Shown here: positions 1-13,372 of the stretch, one piece after another
How positions within the stretch are numbered: the first letter of the stretch is position 1
How the letters are laid out: each line of letters starts with the position of its first letter
NCBI RefSeq assembly: GCF_006345805.1
Contig: NC_043001.1
Location: 51,584,001 to 51,648,000 of the forward strand
Direction: 5' to 3'
DNA: 64,000 nt
Source of the DNA: Octopus sinensis
Lineage: Eukaryota
Program-made: the position numbers and the translations under genes
The notes under the pieces: model-generated
Seen by the model: only the letters and a program-made list of their open reading frames with translations
The model's database searches: none
Told to the model about the DNA's origin: nothing

Positions 1-119
1 AAAAAATAAAAAAGGATTAATAGAATAAAATAAAGCAAGTTTGAATTTTAACCGTTGTCCTTGAAAAGAGTGTCATATATATGTATATATATATATGTAT
101 ATGTATGTGTGTATGTATG

Positions 120-174
<55 letters not shown>

Positions 175-942
175 ATGTATGTAGAGCTGGATGAGCGTAT
201 ATGTGTGTATACTTTAAGATTATACGTATATTTGTATGTGGAAGTGTCTATATGATTGTGTGTACTTGTATATATGTATAAGGTTATATGTGCATATATA
301 TATCTAAGAGGTTGTATCCATTCACCGTTAGACGGTGGTGAGAGGGACAAACGCACACACATATAATATATATATATGTGTGTGTGTGTCTATATAAATG
401 TATATGTGTGTACGTATATATACAACCTTCAACAAGGTAACAGTAATGTATTCAACTTGAACTGACACATATCATTACATAAACATACGTTCACATGTAC
501 ATACATATTTACACATATACAGACACGTCTACGCACTCTCCTAAATACTCACATACATACGTAAGTACATACATACATGCGTATAGGCATGCACACATGC
601 ATGCGTACATACATGTACACACATACATACGCACATACATACATACATACATACATACATACATACATACATACATAGGTACATACATACATACGCACAT
701 ACATACACACACACATACATACGTACATATATATCATGAACTAACTGTTACTTTCTCAGATGAAGCACGAAGTTTTGTCAGTGAACAGGTCGCGATCTCA
801 AAGCGACGAAAATATTTTGACAAATTAAATTTAAATGTTGAAGTGAATCTAACGGTTTTTGTGTGTTTCTTAAATGGCTTATAAACACCTTCCACGCTGC
901 AATTGTTTTCGTTCCAGCACACGATCTCAGATCAAGTCTCCG

Positions 943-997
<55 letters not shown>

Positions 998-1224
998 CGT
1001 TTTTTAAAAATAATTTGTCAGCGTTCCCCTTCATCATATACACGGTGATTATATTCAGTTAAAATGGCTTGTTGATGCGGTTTGTTTCACTTTCTTTCTT
1101 TGACACGATGATTAAATTGCTTTACATCATTTTTATTCCCTCCGGAATAATATAAATGCTTTCTTCGAAACATATGTTGGAAGTATAAATGGTTTGAATA
1201 ACACCTGTGTTTGATTCCATTTCT

Positions 1225-1345
1225 TAATTTAATCTGTCGGCTATACTAAAAGGTAAAGACTGGAGCAACGTGAAATAAAGTGTTTTGCTCAAGAACACAA
1301 CACACAGGTCGGTCCGGGAGTCGAACTCACTATCTCGTGACTATG
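1225..1345 (-). mobile_element. SINE fragment (tRNA-like head)
   Basis: Reverse strand has a B-box-like GAGTTCGACTCCCGG followed by a SINE-like body (GTGTTCTTGAGCAAAACACTTTATTTCACGTTGCTCCAGT), similar to the copy at 35780-35990. Confidence 0.55.
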
Positions 1346-2559
1346 GGCCTCGGCGTGATTTGAATAAAAAACGCCAAAAAGAGGAAAATATACTGCAAGG
1401 AATTTCGTTCGCTGTTCTAACGACTCAGCTATTTTTGCCATTTTGGAAGTCTATAGAGGCGATCACACTGAAAATGAGCATCATATTTGGTTTAATGTTT
1501 GAATTTGCATTTCGAGAAGAAACTAGAAACGATTTTATAAGATTTTAAGAAAAAATTTAATACAGAAAATTTTACATGAAATACTTTCTTTCGTTCATAA
1601 TCTTACCATTCCTGCTGCATCTAGGGTAGGTGAAGTTAATGTTAAAGAATCAATGAATACTCGCGAGACCCGTGAATATTTCACGGAATTAATGGTAAAC
1701 CTATTGGGTAATGTCTATAAACTTTATTCAAAAATCCTGAAAGCGTAGCCTATGTTGTGTCTGTATGGGAAAATAGTCACTCATTTGTTACTCAGTGATA
1801 ACTGAAAGAAATTGAAATACGATGATTAGTTAATGCACTTTATATATACACTTTATATGCTTTATGCATAATTTTAAAGACAATTTTATAGATAGCACTC
1901 TTAAAATAAACATTCACTCTTATCTTTCTTTTTTTTTCAAATAAAAAATATTGCCCTCCATATGATACAACCTTTAGTTAAATTGCGCATATCTGCTACG
2001 TAAATAATCGTGAATATTTCATGGAATTGAACTTACGTGCATACATCAAGTGATAAGTGACATAAAAAAATTAGTTCAGTTAAAAAAATTTTACACTTTT
2101 CACTATTCACTCATCACCACCACCATCACCACCACCACCACTATCATCTCTCTTTCTCCTCCTCTCTCCCCCTTCTATCTCTCTACCTTTAACTTCACCA
2201 TCAGAACTTCACCTCTTTGCTCAAATTATATTTTTAACTCCCCTCCTCTACATCACTACCTTAAACTAACTTTTTAAACTACAGTCAATATTATTTTCCC
2301 CCTACCACACGTCATGGATGCTTCTCTCTCCTCCCTTTTTCTCTTTTACTTTCCGCCTTTTACTTTGCCCCTCTTTTTCTCTCACCCTCTTTCTGTTTCA
2401 CTCTTCACTTTATCCTCTCTCTCTTTTCTTTCTCCCTCTTGTTCTCTCTTTCCCTTCAACTAATCACATGAAAGCAATACAATTACATCCCTCTACCTCA
2501 CGTCACGGACGCTTCACTCTTCTTCTTTTTCTCTCTCCTTTTTTTCTTTCTCCCTCTTC

Positions 2560-3327
2560 TCTAATCACGTGAATGACGAAAGTTTATGTTTCGTGGATGC
2601 CACGTCTTCTGATACTTGGTCAAAAGCACACCACGTTGATCACATCACGGCAAAATCTGACATCGTTTAAGGTATATTCAGCTGGTATCCTTGAACATTT
2701 CATCGGCCAGGATGAGTGTTGGCTTCATCACTTTGAGATAGAGACAAAGAGATAATCCATGCAGTGGAAGCACCCTTCTACACCCAATTCCAGTGGAAAC
2801 CAAGGTCGTTTCATCTGCAGTGAAGGTGATGGCCTCAGTATTTTGGGACTATCTCCAAAAAGGCCTTACCATCAATGGGGAGTACTACGCTAACTTGCAG
2901 AGGCAGTGACGAAAGGCTATCAAAACAAAACGTTCAAGAAACTGTTTCTTCAGGACAATGCTCCAACACACAAGTGGTGGGTTTCAATGATTGCTGTGCG
3001 TGTGCATGGCTGTGGCTTTGAACTTGTTGATCACTCTCTCTATTCTTCTGATTTGTCTCCATCTGACTATCATTTATTCCTCAATATGAAAACAGGAAAA
3101 CACACTTGACTTGGAACCAGTATCATAGTGATGATGACGTCTTATCTTTTGTTGAGGATTTTGAACAACAGGATGAAAGCTTCTTCACCAATGGTATTCA
3201 AGCACTGCAACATAGGTGGAAAATGAATGTGGACTACTAGCGGGACTATATCGAAAAATAGACGTCATCTGGCAACATTGCATGAGAGTATCTTGGTTAG
3301 CCTATGAACTTTTAGTGAACCTTTGTA
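2560..3327 (+). mobile_element. Decayed mariner (DD34D) transposon, 5'-truncated
   Basis: Frameshifted peptides: SWMPRLL (WVPHEL-like), IGQDECWLHHF, FLQDNAPTH, GFELVDHSLYSSDLSPSDYHLF, DYIEK*. A TIR-like end ...GAACCTTTG then TA lies at about 3300-3327. Confidence 0.85.
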
Positions 3328-3639
3328 TAATTAAAGAAAGAAAATTTATCTAGGAAATACTTAAGTATATGAAACCACTTTGCTTGAAAGATTTCTTCCA
3401 AAAACTATGTAACAGAGGAGTCAACATTTAAAAATTTTTTGCTATTAACTTCCAATCCCCACAATGTACTACCATCGTCATTACTATTTCTTGAAGTTTC
3501 CTTCACATTTCAAAATGTAAATAGTAATCCAGAGAGCCTCTGTTTCTTGATATGCATCACTGCTTAATTGTTACTTGCATCTATTCCCCCTGGAAGCAGT
3601 AGTGGTGAACTTTCTTCCGAAAAATCAATATTACTGTAA

Positions 3640-3820
3640 TTGTTGTTAGTATGCCGGGCAGCGACATTTCGTCCGTCTTCACGTTCTAAATTCAAATTCC
3701 GCCGAGGTCGTCTTTGCCTTTTATCCTTTCGAGATCGATTAAATAGCTACCAGTTGAGCACTGGGGTCGACATAATCAACTTACCCCTCTCCCGAAATTG
3801 CTGGCCTTGTGCCAAAATTT
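3640..3820 (+). mobile_element. tRNA-head SINE (family A)
   Basis: Core CAAATTCCGCCGAGGTCG..TTTGCCTTT..ATCCTTTCG...TACCAGT...ACTGGGGTCGA recurs throughout the window. Confidence 0.8.
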
Positions 3821-4297
3821 GAAACCAATATTACTGTAACTGTACCCTTATGTGTTCTAACTAAATTCTACTCTGAACTACAGTGCTTTTTAAAAGCAGA
3901 ATAAGGTGGTTAGGCGTTGGGTAAATTATATGTACTAATCTAACTATTCCAGACATGCTGGATTAGGAAGGGCTGATAGTATTTGCTTTATGTCGATAAT
4001 GTTGAAATTGTCATTCAATGCAAATGCCATTTAGAAGGACTTCCTATTTTTGATCAATAGACATTGGCTTTTTCTTCATAATATGAGAATTGAACAATTG
4101 TTATGAATTACATTCATACTTTGTAATTGAAATCTGTGTAATCATTGCTTTAATTTGCAGAGAATGATAAAATGATAGGAATGTATATTATTCAATGTTG
4201 TTTCAACAATTATGTACCTATTGCTACACTCTCTATTATATGCATTCATTGTATTTTTTTATTGTTTTTTTTTTTAGTTTTGCGTTGCTGCTTCAAA

Positions 4298-5262
4298 ATG
4301 AAGACTAGATATTCTTTGAAGAAGGTGTTCTTTAGTGTGACATTAATTACTTTGTGCTTCTTCTTGTACATCTTTCAATTGCAATTCAGAAATGTAAAGA
4401 ATAGTGAGCAATTACTTATTGAAGATCACGCAGTAATGTCGCATTTTAATTTACACGGAAAAAGAGTTTCCTCCGTTTCTGTTTCGAATACAAAATTGAT
4501 TATATCCAATGGAAGTTCTGCAATAAAAACTGATAGTTTCAAAAGTAAATTTAGCGTAGAGAGCAGTACTGTAAAACACCAGCAAATGTCAAAAGTTCCT
4601 GGGGCGAAATTACTTACAAAAACTCGTAATACAAATAAGTTTTTCATCAATGACCAAACTGATTTAAAGTCGTTGTTTAAAAATAAAGTTTTCATGACAA
4701 AAATTGATTGTCAAAAAGTGGCACACTATGATATCAATGAAGTGAATAAGGGTATTAAATTTCAAAACGCAAAACAGTATATTGGTTTGCCGGATTCCTA
4801 CTTTAGAAATTTGACTCAAAATTGTAATAATTTCAAGCAAAAAATGGGTTACATTACCAGTCATATGACAGAAGAAGAGTTATATTTTCCTTTGGCTTAT
4901 AGCATTTTAATGTATAAAGACATTGAACAAGTTGAAAGACTCTTAAGAGCTATTTACCGTCCACAAAACTTTTACTGCATACATGTAGATCAAAAAAGTA
5001 AAAGTAGTATTTTAAAAACAATGAAAGCAATTGCAAAATGTTTTACACACGTTCATATTCTTTCCCCTTCAATTAATGTACGTTGGGGAGAATTCTCAGT
5101 TTTGGAACCGGAACTTCTGTGTATGAAACAACTTTTACGCTACAAATGGAAATATTTCATTAATCTCACTGGACAAGAGTTTCCATTGAAGACCAATTAT
5201 CAACTTGTTCGGATTCTCAAAGCTTACAATGGTGCAAATGACGTAGAGGGCACACAAAAAAG
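4298..5262 (+). CDS. GCNT: GT14 core-2/I-branching beta-1,6-N-acetylglucosaminyltransferase (GCNT-like), coding exon 1
   Basis: ORF 4172-5266 carries Branch-domain motifs FPLAYSILMYKDIEQVERLLRAIYRPQNFYCIHVD and WKYFINLTGQEFPLKTN. The ATG at 4298 gives MKTRYSLKK followed by a hydrophobic type II anchor. A poly-T/AG acceptor ends at 4277; phase-2 donor AAG|GTAAG at 5262/5263. Symbol is family level only. Confidence 0.93.
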
Positions 5263-5577
5263 GTAAGATTGATAAGTAGCCTGTTTTCATTTTTACAACT
5301 GTGGAACGCCATTTCTTTGTATTAAATGTCATAAAAATGAGAAAGCTAAATTATTACTCCTTATCACTCACATGCTAATCTCTCCGGTGGACATAAGCAT
5401 TTATCTGTATGTCACCAAGATTACATTTTAACTGTATTCTAACCAAGTCATTATCAAAAACTGAGAAGGAAATAATTAAGGAACAGTGTAGACTATTTTC
5501 CTCCTACGCAGGGAAAAGTTATTCATAGATTTCATAGATTTAACCGCAACATCCTAATATACTAAAGTGTGAGAGAG

Positions 5578-5618
<41 letters not shown>

Positions 5619-6407
5619 ATGTATTTAAATTAGTTTTCCTTTTACTTTTCACTGGCTTGAATCATTATACTGTGGTTAGGTTTGGACTCTACCTTTAAAA
5701 ATAAAATTGGGTAGATCTGTGTCGATACTTATCAACATCGGACCGGGGAAAGATAGAGTGAATCTGGATGCGATTTGTACATAGAACAGTACCTAGCCAA
5801 ATGCCACCAGATAAGAGCCGTCTCTCCGGGCGTTTATAGTTTCTTTCCACTGTTCCATATAACTTAAAGCAATACTTCCCAATTGACATAGCACAGGAGG
5901 TGGGGGAGGTGACGAAATGTCATAATATATTCCAGAGTATCGTTGGAATTTCATCTACCGACTCAAAGATGAAAAACAATGACTAAATACAGGTGATATA
6001 GGATTTCAATACTGTAATTTCTCATTGGTTAAACAATAAAATCCGGATTGATATACTGCTGCTTTGTCCATTTCTATCGCCTTGCAAGTTCAACATAAAA
6101 CTGATAAAGTGAAAAATGTATGAGGTAATTTTCATACCCTCATACTCATTTTGCAACTAACACAATCATGTTTTAACGGCGGAAAGTGTTTTTGCTTTTT
6201 GATTTATTAAGTGAAAGACGCAGTGTAAGTCGAAATGCAAGTTTAATTTGTTTTTTTGTTTGAAGTAAAGAAGGAAGAAGAGGAGGAGGAAGCATCAGAA
6301 AGCGCGTTTAGAATGTACATGCACTGACCCGCTCCCCATACATATATACGTGAAGAGAAAAAGAATGGATTGGCAAATATATTGTTTGACTGTGTTAATA
6401 TATACAA

Positions 6408-6800
6408 AGAGGCGCAAGTGTGGCCGAATGGTAATAAGCTTGCTTCCCAAACACATGGCGCCGGGATTCAGTCCCACTGTGTGACACCTTGGGCAAGCGT
6501 CTTCTACAATAGCCTTAGGCCGACCAAAGCCTTTTGAGTGTATTTGGTAGACGGAAACTGAATGAAGACCTTTGTATGCGTGTGTGTGCGTGAGCGCGCG
6601 CGTGGTGTGTGTGTGTCCATCATCACTTGACAATCGGTGTTGGTGTGTTTACGTCGCCGTAACTTAGCGGTTCGCCACGGACACCGATAGAATAAGAACT
6701 AGATTTAGAAATAAATCCTAAGGTCGAATTGTTCGACAAAAACAATTCAATGTGGTACTCCAGCATGGCCGCAGTCAAATGACTGAAATAAGTAAAAGAA
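6408..6800 (+). mobile_element. tRNA-head SINE (family C) with internal (GT)n and hairpin tail
   Basis: tRNA-like head, CACCTTGGGCAAG..TCTTCTAC..TAGCC body, tail CCAGCATGGCCGCAGTCAAATGACTGAAA. A related inverted copy lies at 33560-33720. Confidence 0.7.
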
Positions 6801-7244
6801 TAAAGGAATAAATACAGCTTTGTGAAACACGCTACAAACTGGCAAGAAAATGATGCAAAACAGACATGTACATACATACATACATACATACAGACAGACA
6901 GACAGACAGAAGGACTGACAGACAAACAGACAGACAGACATGGTTTGAAATCATATTAGGACAATCTTCATCCAGAATTAAATCAATTTACTGTGAAGCA
7001 ACTACGCCAACAAGCAATATTTGTAGCACATAGGAAGAAGGTTAGTAACTGTAACTTTATTAAGAAATGGAAAATTAACATTCTTCCCAGCTCTATAAAG
7101 CAAAAACGAAAACGTGAATGATGTTAGACCACCACGTTGTTTCGCAACTAGCGACATTCCAATAGATTCCACAGTGCCGACCAAACTAACCGACCACTGT
7201 CCCCCCACTACGTCTATGGTAAACAGCAGACACAACCGCAACGA

Positions 7245-7252
7245 TTATTGTT

Positions 7253-7284
<32 letters not shown>

Positions 7285-7315
7285 TGTAGTAGTAGTAGTT
7301 GTTGTTGTTGTTGTT

Positions 7316-7359
<44 letters not shown>

Positions 7360-7360
7360 C
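7245..7360. repeat. (TAG)n/(TTG)n microsatellite
   Basis: Direct reading; it explains the poly-Ser and poly-Thr ORFs. Confidence 0.95.
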
Positions 7361-7579
7361 AGGATTATATACCGGTGAAATGTGCCCTTACTGAAATTTT
7401 CCGAGGAAAAATAACTTTGGCTTTGAAGTGCTTTCTCGAGGAGAGAGTACTCTCTACCAAAGTAAGTAAAAAAAACCCCTCTAGATACAGTATTAAACGC
7501 TATTAACGAAATTGGTGATGAGTATTTACAGCAGTGTGATGAATCCACATTCTGGCAGATTAACGCTTATCAATATGCT

Positions 7580-9560
7580 CTGGTTACTACTGCAAAGCAG
7601 TACATGAATGACATTAAAAGAATGAACAGAACCGAGACAACAAAGAAAGTACCATCATGGGTTTTGAAGACAGAGAAAAAGATAACTGGTTTACGGAAGA
7701 CCATCAGCAAATCACTATATGTCCCATCAACAGAAGGTAAAGGAGATAGAAATGATATTTGGAGACAGCAAAAAGAGGACACTCACTTGTAAAATGATTA
7801 CCCTAAAGTAGGAGCTAAAAGCTGCCTGAGAAACTCCGGCATCAGAAGAGAATAACCGCGAGAAAAACAATAAACAAAAAATTTAACCGGAACCAGGCAG
7901 CTGTATAGAGAGACATGAGAGGAGGAGCAGTGGCCGTCACAGAAGCTCCTTCACAAGAAGGAAAATCTGGAGGGAAGAGGAGTTTAACTAAGAATCCCTG
8001 TGCCTGGAAGAAATCCGAAGTTATTACTCCTGCGTTACACCTAAGACATACAACATTAATGGTGATACCTTTGCAACGATGATCCAGAAACTCCAGGATG
8101 GAAAAACACCTGGAAGAGATTCGACAATTGGATATTGGTACAAGAAACTAACATATCTTATCAATCTGTACTAGCAAGCTCTCAATAGGAACAGAAGCAT
8201 ACCACACTGGTTAGCTCTGGCAGAGACAAAATTGAACCCGAAATGCAGAACCACCCACATGGCGAAAAACTACAGGCCAATTGCATGCCAGAACTTAATG
8301 CATAAGATGCTTAAGCCTCTTCCTCCAGGACCATTGTGAAACCAATAACATCATCACAGCAGAACAAATAGCTGGGGAAAAGGGAGTCTGGGGATGTGCC
8401 GAACAATTTGTTAATCAACAAAACCGTAAACCCTTTATCATTTATGTTAAGGAAGTCTGAATGATATCTCACTGGCTCAAAAGAAAACAGGAATACCAAA
8501 ATTACAGACTTTCTTTGTGGATAACTTGAAACTTTATGCAAAAAATATGCACGAGATAAAAAAGAGCCTAACCTAGTTATAACATTCTCAAAGGATGTAG
8601 GGCTGGAGTTTGGTCAGGATAAATGTTGTTATATGGTTGGAAAAAGGGGGAAATCTGTAAATCAGACTAGCAACATCTCCATCAATGACTTGACTTTTTT
8701 CCCTATATCTGACGATGAATATTACTGGTATCTAGAGGTGGAAGTTGTTGTTGACAAACAACAGCAGTAATTTTATTCAGCTGAATACACGTCATTGATT
8801 GGTTGAAATTTCCGAGAAACAGTTAAAACATTCTTCTGGCTGTCCTGGTACTCCTGTCCAACTTGGTAATCCTCCTGGCAAGGGCACAAAACAGTCACAA
8901 AAAATAACACAATTTTCGGAGGGATACGCCCCCTAAACACACTTCGCACCGCTAAATGAGACTTTAAACACAACCACAAGCAGACAAATGCATGGAACTC
9001 AGTGGAGATTTCTTATTCGACAAAAGTAAATAAACACGAGCAACAAACCCCTACTGAATCCCAAAAAGCAAATGTCTTACCTAGTTGTTGTGTTTCGATA
9101 ATTCACGACGTTGGTATACAAAGACGTGACTCCAGCAGTGAAGAAGAATACGTCCACACAGTAGTGAGGGAAGGAAGCTTCTTACTACATACCCACTCTT
9201 GCATAAGTTTGCTCCAGAAAGAATGTCAAGCCGACATAAAAACATGATTCCCAGAGATAGGAAAATTTTGAGGTGACAACGAATAAAGATCTCGAATCGC
9301 CTTACCAGGTCACTAAAGTATAGAGAAAAGTTGCTATTTCAAAAAAGCAATGCTCCATAGTGAAACAACTGAAAAACACACTCGAAAGGGAGATGGCAGA
9401 AAAAGAAACTTGGGCAGTAAAAAATATAAAGACAATGTAAATATAAAGACTCAAAAGAGTCGTCTTCAGTACGGTACAACATGAGGCTAACTGTTCGAAG
9501 AAAATGGCTGCATTGACTGCAGAGCGCCAAATAATATTGAGTGTGCAATACAAAAGTGTT
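7580..9560 (+). mobile_element. Decayed R4/Dong-like non-LTR retrotransposon
   Basis: Frameshifted RT peptides KTPGRDS..GYWYKKL, AKNYRPIACQNLMHK, LQDHCETNNIITAEQ, KGVWGCAEQ..LINKTV, TFSKDVGLEFGQDKC. The 3' boundary is approximate. Confidence 0.75.
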
Positions 9561-9604
9561 TTCTCATCTCCGTTGAAACTGTTACAAATAAATATACCTA
9601 TTTC

Positions 9605-9895
9605 TTTACTACTCACAAGGGGCTAAACACAGAGGAGACAAACAAGGACAGACAAACGGATTAAGTCGATTATATCGACCCAGTGCATAACTGGTACTTA
9701 ATTTATCGACCCCGAAAGGATGAAAGGCAAAGTCGACCTCGGCGGAATTTGAACTCAGAACGTAACGGCAGATGAAATACCGCTAAGCATTTCGCCCGGC
9801 GTGCTAACGTTTCTGCCAGCTCACCGCCTTAAAGGTAAAGTCGACCTCGGCGGAATTTGAACTCAGAACTTAACAGCAGACGAAATACGTTAACA
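9605..9895 (-). mobile_element. SINE family A, near full length, with partial tandem duplication of the head
   Basis: Same core as 3640-3820, inverted. GTCGACCTCGGCGGAATTTGAACTCAGAAC occurs twice (about 9731 and 9840). Confidence 0.85.
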
Positions 9896-10221
9896 AATAA
9901 ATATACCGAATAAGTTCTTTGACACTACAGTTTCAATTATTTCTGAGCAATTGTGCAGTTGATAGGTTTTAGCTACTTTTTATGGTCTATAGTTACAATG
10001 GAATATCGTTGATCATAGGTCATAATTGTCTTGTGTTTCAACGAGAAAAATTCAGACGTATTTTACAAAATAATATCTTTCTAAGGAAAAGCATGAAAAA
10101 TACATGCTTTTCTGGGTTATCAGTCAATGTTTCGTATACCATCCTTATACTAAAGCCGTCAGCTCAATTAGAGCCACTTAAGTCAAGCTAATTACTAGCG
10201 CCAAATACCCTTTTCTACACC

Positions 10222-10248
10222 AATCATTACTACTACTACTACTACTAG

Positions 10249-10303
<55 letters not shown>
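10222..10303. repeat. (TAC)n microsatellite
   Basis: Direct reading. Confidence 0.95.
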
Positions 10304-10304
<1 letters not shown>

Positions 10305-11360
10305 TTGGTCAGTGACAAATACAAATTGGTACAGATAAATGAAATAGTTCAGTACCATTAAATTCATCTCCCTACCTATAATATACACATACGCTCATGG
10401 AAGAATGTGACCTTTAGCCTCGTCATACGACATAGTCTGTCTTCCCTTTATTTCTTTGAGAATGAAAAAAAATGTCTGTGCAAATTGCTCGGATTATAAA
10501 TAATTAAATGTACTTTTATTTGACGCATCGATTTATCAGTAATTTCTCGCCGATATGTATATCGTTCGTATTATTACACACATGCATACAAACACATGTA
10601 CATGTTATTAAAGAAATATAAGACGGTTAATCCCGAAACCAATGAGTACGTTTATGATCAAACCTATTATTCAGTGACTAAACTTCAGGTGGATGGCTAA
10701 ATTGAGCCTTTAGACCCCAAAAGCCCTCACTTCTTTCTTAAGGACTGCAAGCAAGTCTTTACCAATAATCCGTCTATTGGATTGATCTTCTCCTCGAAGT
10801 CAGTTACTGCAGTATTAGTAAGAATATTCCAGCCAGGGTTATTCCCAAGGTTAAGCAACTCGTGGGTCTCAGTCTATGAGAGTGTACCGGGGAGGTAATA
10901 CTCTTGTTCAAAAACCTTAGCAGTAAGAATATTGTCTCATTTATACAATTCGACATTATGGATTATTACTCGTGTCGATCTCACCCACATCTATATCAAT
11001 AAAATTGATTTGGTAAGACTGACGTGTCAATTGTCAGTCTGCTAAAGTCACTACACCCTCCTCCTCCCTCAACTAGCCCTACAAAGATTTTACAGTTCCA
11101 ATAAACTTTCTCGGCAGGTAAACTTTTTACTTGGTCATGTCACTATGGCGACTGGACAAAAGGCTGAGAATAGAGGGAGGGGGAAGTGCATACGTGTGTG
11201 TGGAAATGTGTGTGTGTGTTTATGTGGGGTGAAGGAGGATATCTATATATGTGTATATTTATATGCCATAAATTTTATGTATGTATGTATGTATGTATGT
11301 ATGTATGTATGTATGTATGTATGTATGTATGTATATATATATATATATATACACATGTAT

Positions 11361-11410
<50 letters not shown>

Positions 11411-11446
11411 CATACATACATACATACATACATACATACATACAGA

Positions 11447-11752
11447 ATTGGGCAGAATCTTGATGACGTCCCGTTCTGCTTGACTAAGCCACCTAACGAA
11501 ACGACTGGTTAAAGCAGGATACACACAAGAGGCAGTTATAATACAGCGATAGGTCACGATTGGTCAGAATGTTGATGACGTACCGTTCTGCTTGATTAAA
11601 GCCACCTAACGAAACGATTGGTCAAAACGTTGATGACGTCACGCTACGCTGGACTGACCACCTAACAGGCATTATAAAACCCGAACAATTCACAAGACTC
11701 ACTAGAATCACCCAGCGAACACCCACCATGAGTCATCACAATTGCTCAAGGT
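11447..11752 (+). promoter_or_regulatory. Pol II promoter-like module, probably TE-borne, inside GCNT intron 1
   Basis: Three ATTGG-N12-TGACGT units (ATTGG at 11447, 11559, 11617), TATAAAA at 11673-11679, Inr-like TCACT with A at 11701, CCACCATG with ATG at 11728, donor AG|GTAAAA at 11750/11751. Confidence 0.4.
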
Positions 11753-12129
11753 AAAAATGAATTCCTCGCTCTTTCGGGAACATCAATCTTCTGTATTGAC
11801 CGCTTTCCACCACTTTGATCTGTTTTTTGTATTGAATACGTATCGCCACCGTGGGCCACTGCATCGAACACTTTGAACATATAGCATGAATGAACTTACT
11901 TCAAACTATATTTGAACTTTAAGATGTCTGACTCCGTTGTGTATTGTAAATGAATTTCTTGTGTTTGACGGCATGAGCTATCTTTTTTTATATATAACTT
12001 TTTTTGATAAGGTTCATTTTAGGAACTGAAACATGTTATAATGTATATATAAAAATTAAAAATTGTATAATATAGCAGCATTTTCGAACTTCATTTTTTA
12101 CAAATATATAGATATATATAGTTAATTCA

Positions 12130-12409
12130 GACATGAAAACACAAAGAGAAAAAACAACAACGCGAGGACGTGGAACAAGTATAGTGTTATTGGACACTCA
12201 GGAAAGGAAAGAAAGAAGGAGGATTTAACGTTTTAAGCGGAGCTCTTCGTTAGAAACATACGAAAAGGAAAGATCAAAGGAAGGGAAGATGGGGAAAAAA
12301 TCGCCAACGATACACACGCGGTCACACACACACACACACATATATATATATAATAATTTAATAAATAAAATATATGCATACATACATATATGTACGTACC
12401 TACATCTAC

Positions 12410-12458
<49 letters not shown>

Positions 12459-13146
12459 TACAGGACACCACAAATAAACGTAGAACTCAACGAGAAACGA
12501 AAACATAAAAACAAACTAGGAAACGGACTTTTTTTAACAACGAAAAAACAGAGTACAAGACAAACAATTGTCCCTGGTTCGACTCAATGCGTATTTCGAA
12601 GGTAAGGACAGAACATGATCCGGTCGACCCAGTCCTTCCTGCAAAAGAATTAAATAAAATTCCTTTGCAGAGGGGTAAAAACAAGGAAAGAGAAAAATGT
12701 GACAAGAACAGGACGTAAAAGCAATACAAATAAAAATACAAGTGCAAATAAAAATACAAATACAAATACAAAGTACTGTATTTTTATTTGTATTTTTATT
12801 TTGTATTTGTATTTGTATTTTTATTTGCACTTGTATTTTTATTTGTATTGCTTTTACGTCCTGTTCTTGTCACATTTTTTTTCTTTTCTTATTTTTACCC
12901 TTCTGCAAAGGAATTTTATTTAATTCTTTTGCAGGAAGGAGTGGTTCGACCGGATCGTGTTCTGTCCTTACCTTCGAAACACGCATTGAGTCGAACCAGA
13001 GACAGCTGATGAAGGGGAATATTCCTTGTATTGTTTGTCTTGTACTCTGTTTTTTCGTTGTTAAAAAAAGTCCGTTTCCTAGTTTGTTTTTATGTTTTCG
13101 TTTCTCGTTGAGTTCTACGTTTATTTGTGGTGTCCTGTACTCATAT

Positions 13147-13208
<62 letters not shown>

Positions 13209-13336
13209 ATATACATGTATATATACATGGTGATGTAGGTACGTACATATATGTATGTATGTATGCATATATTTTATTTATTAAATTATTGTATGACTGA
13301 GCGCCCTCGCGTCGTTTCGTTTCTTTTCTCCAAGTA

Positions 13337-13372
<36 letters not shown>

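Noticed and set aside
48-884. Tyr/Ile/His/Thr or Met/Tyr/Val/Cys repeat ORFs (also near 11145-11560, 13650-13970, 26648-26884, 33666-34037, 52119-52514)
   Set aside because: Translations of (TA)n, (CA)n, (TACA)n and (TAA)n microsatellites.
4172-5266. Standalone 364-aa single-exon gene
   Set aside because: It stops mid-domain at a strong GTAAG donor. The missing C-terminal GT14 motifs are supplied in frame by exons at 47604 and 49184.
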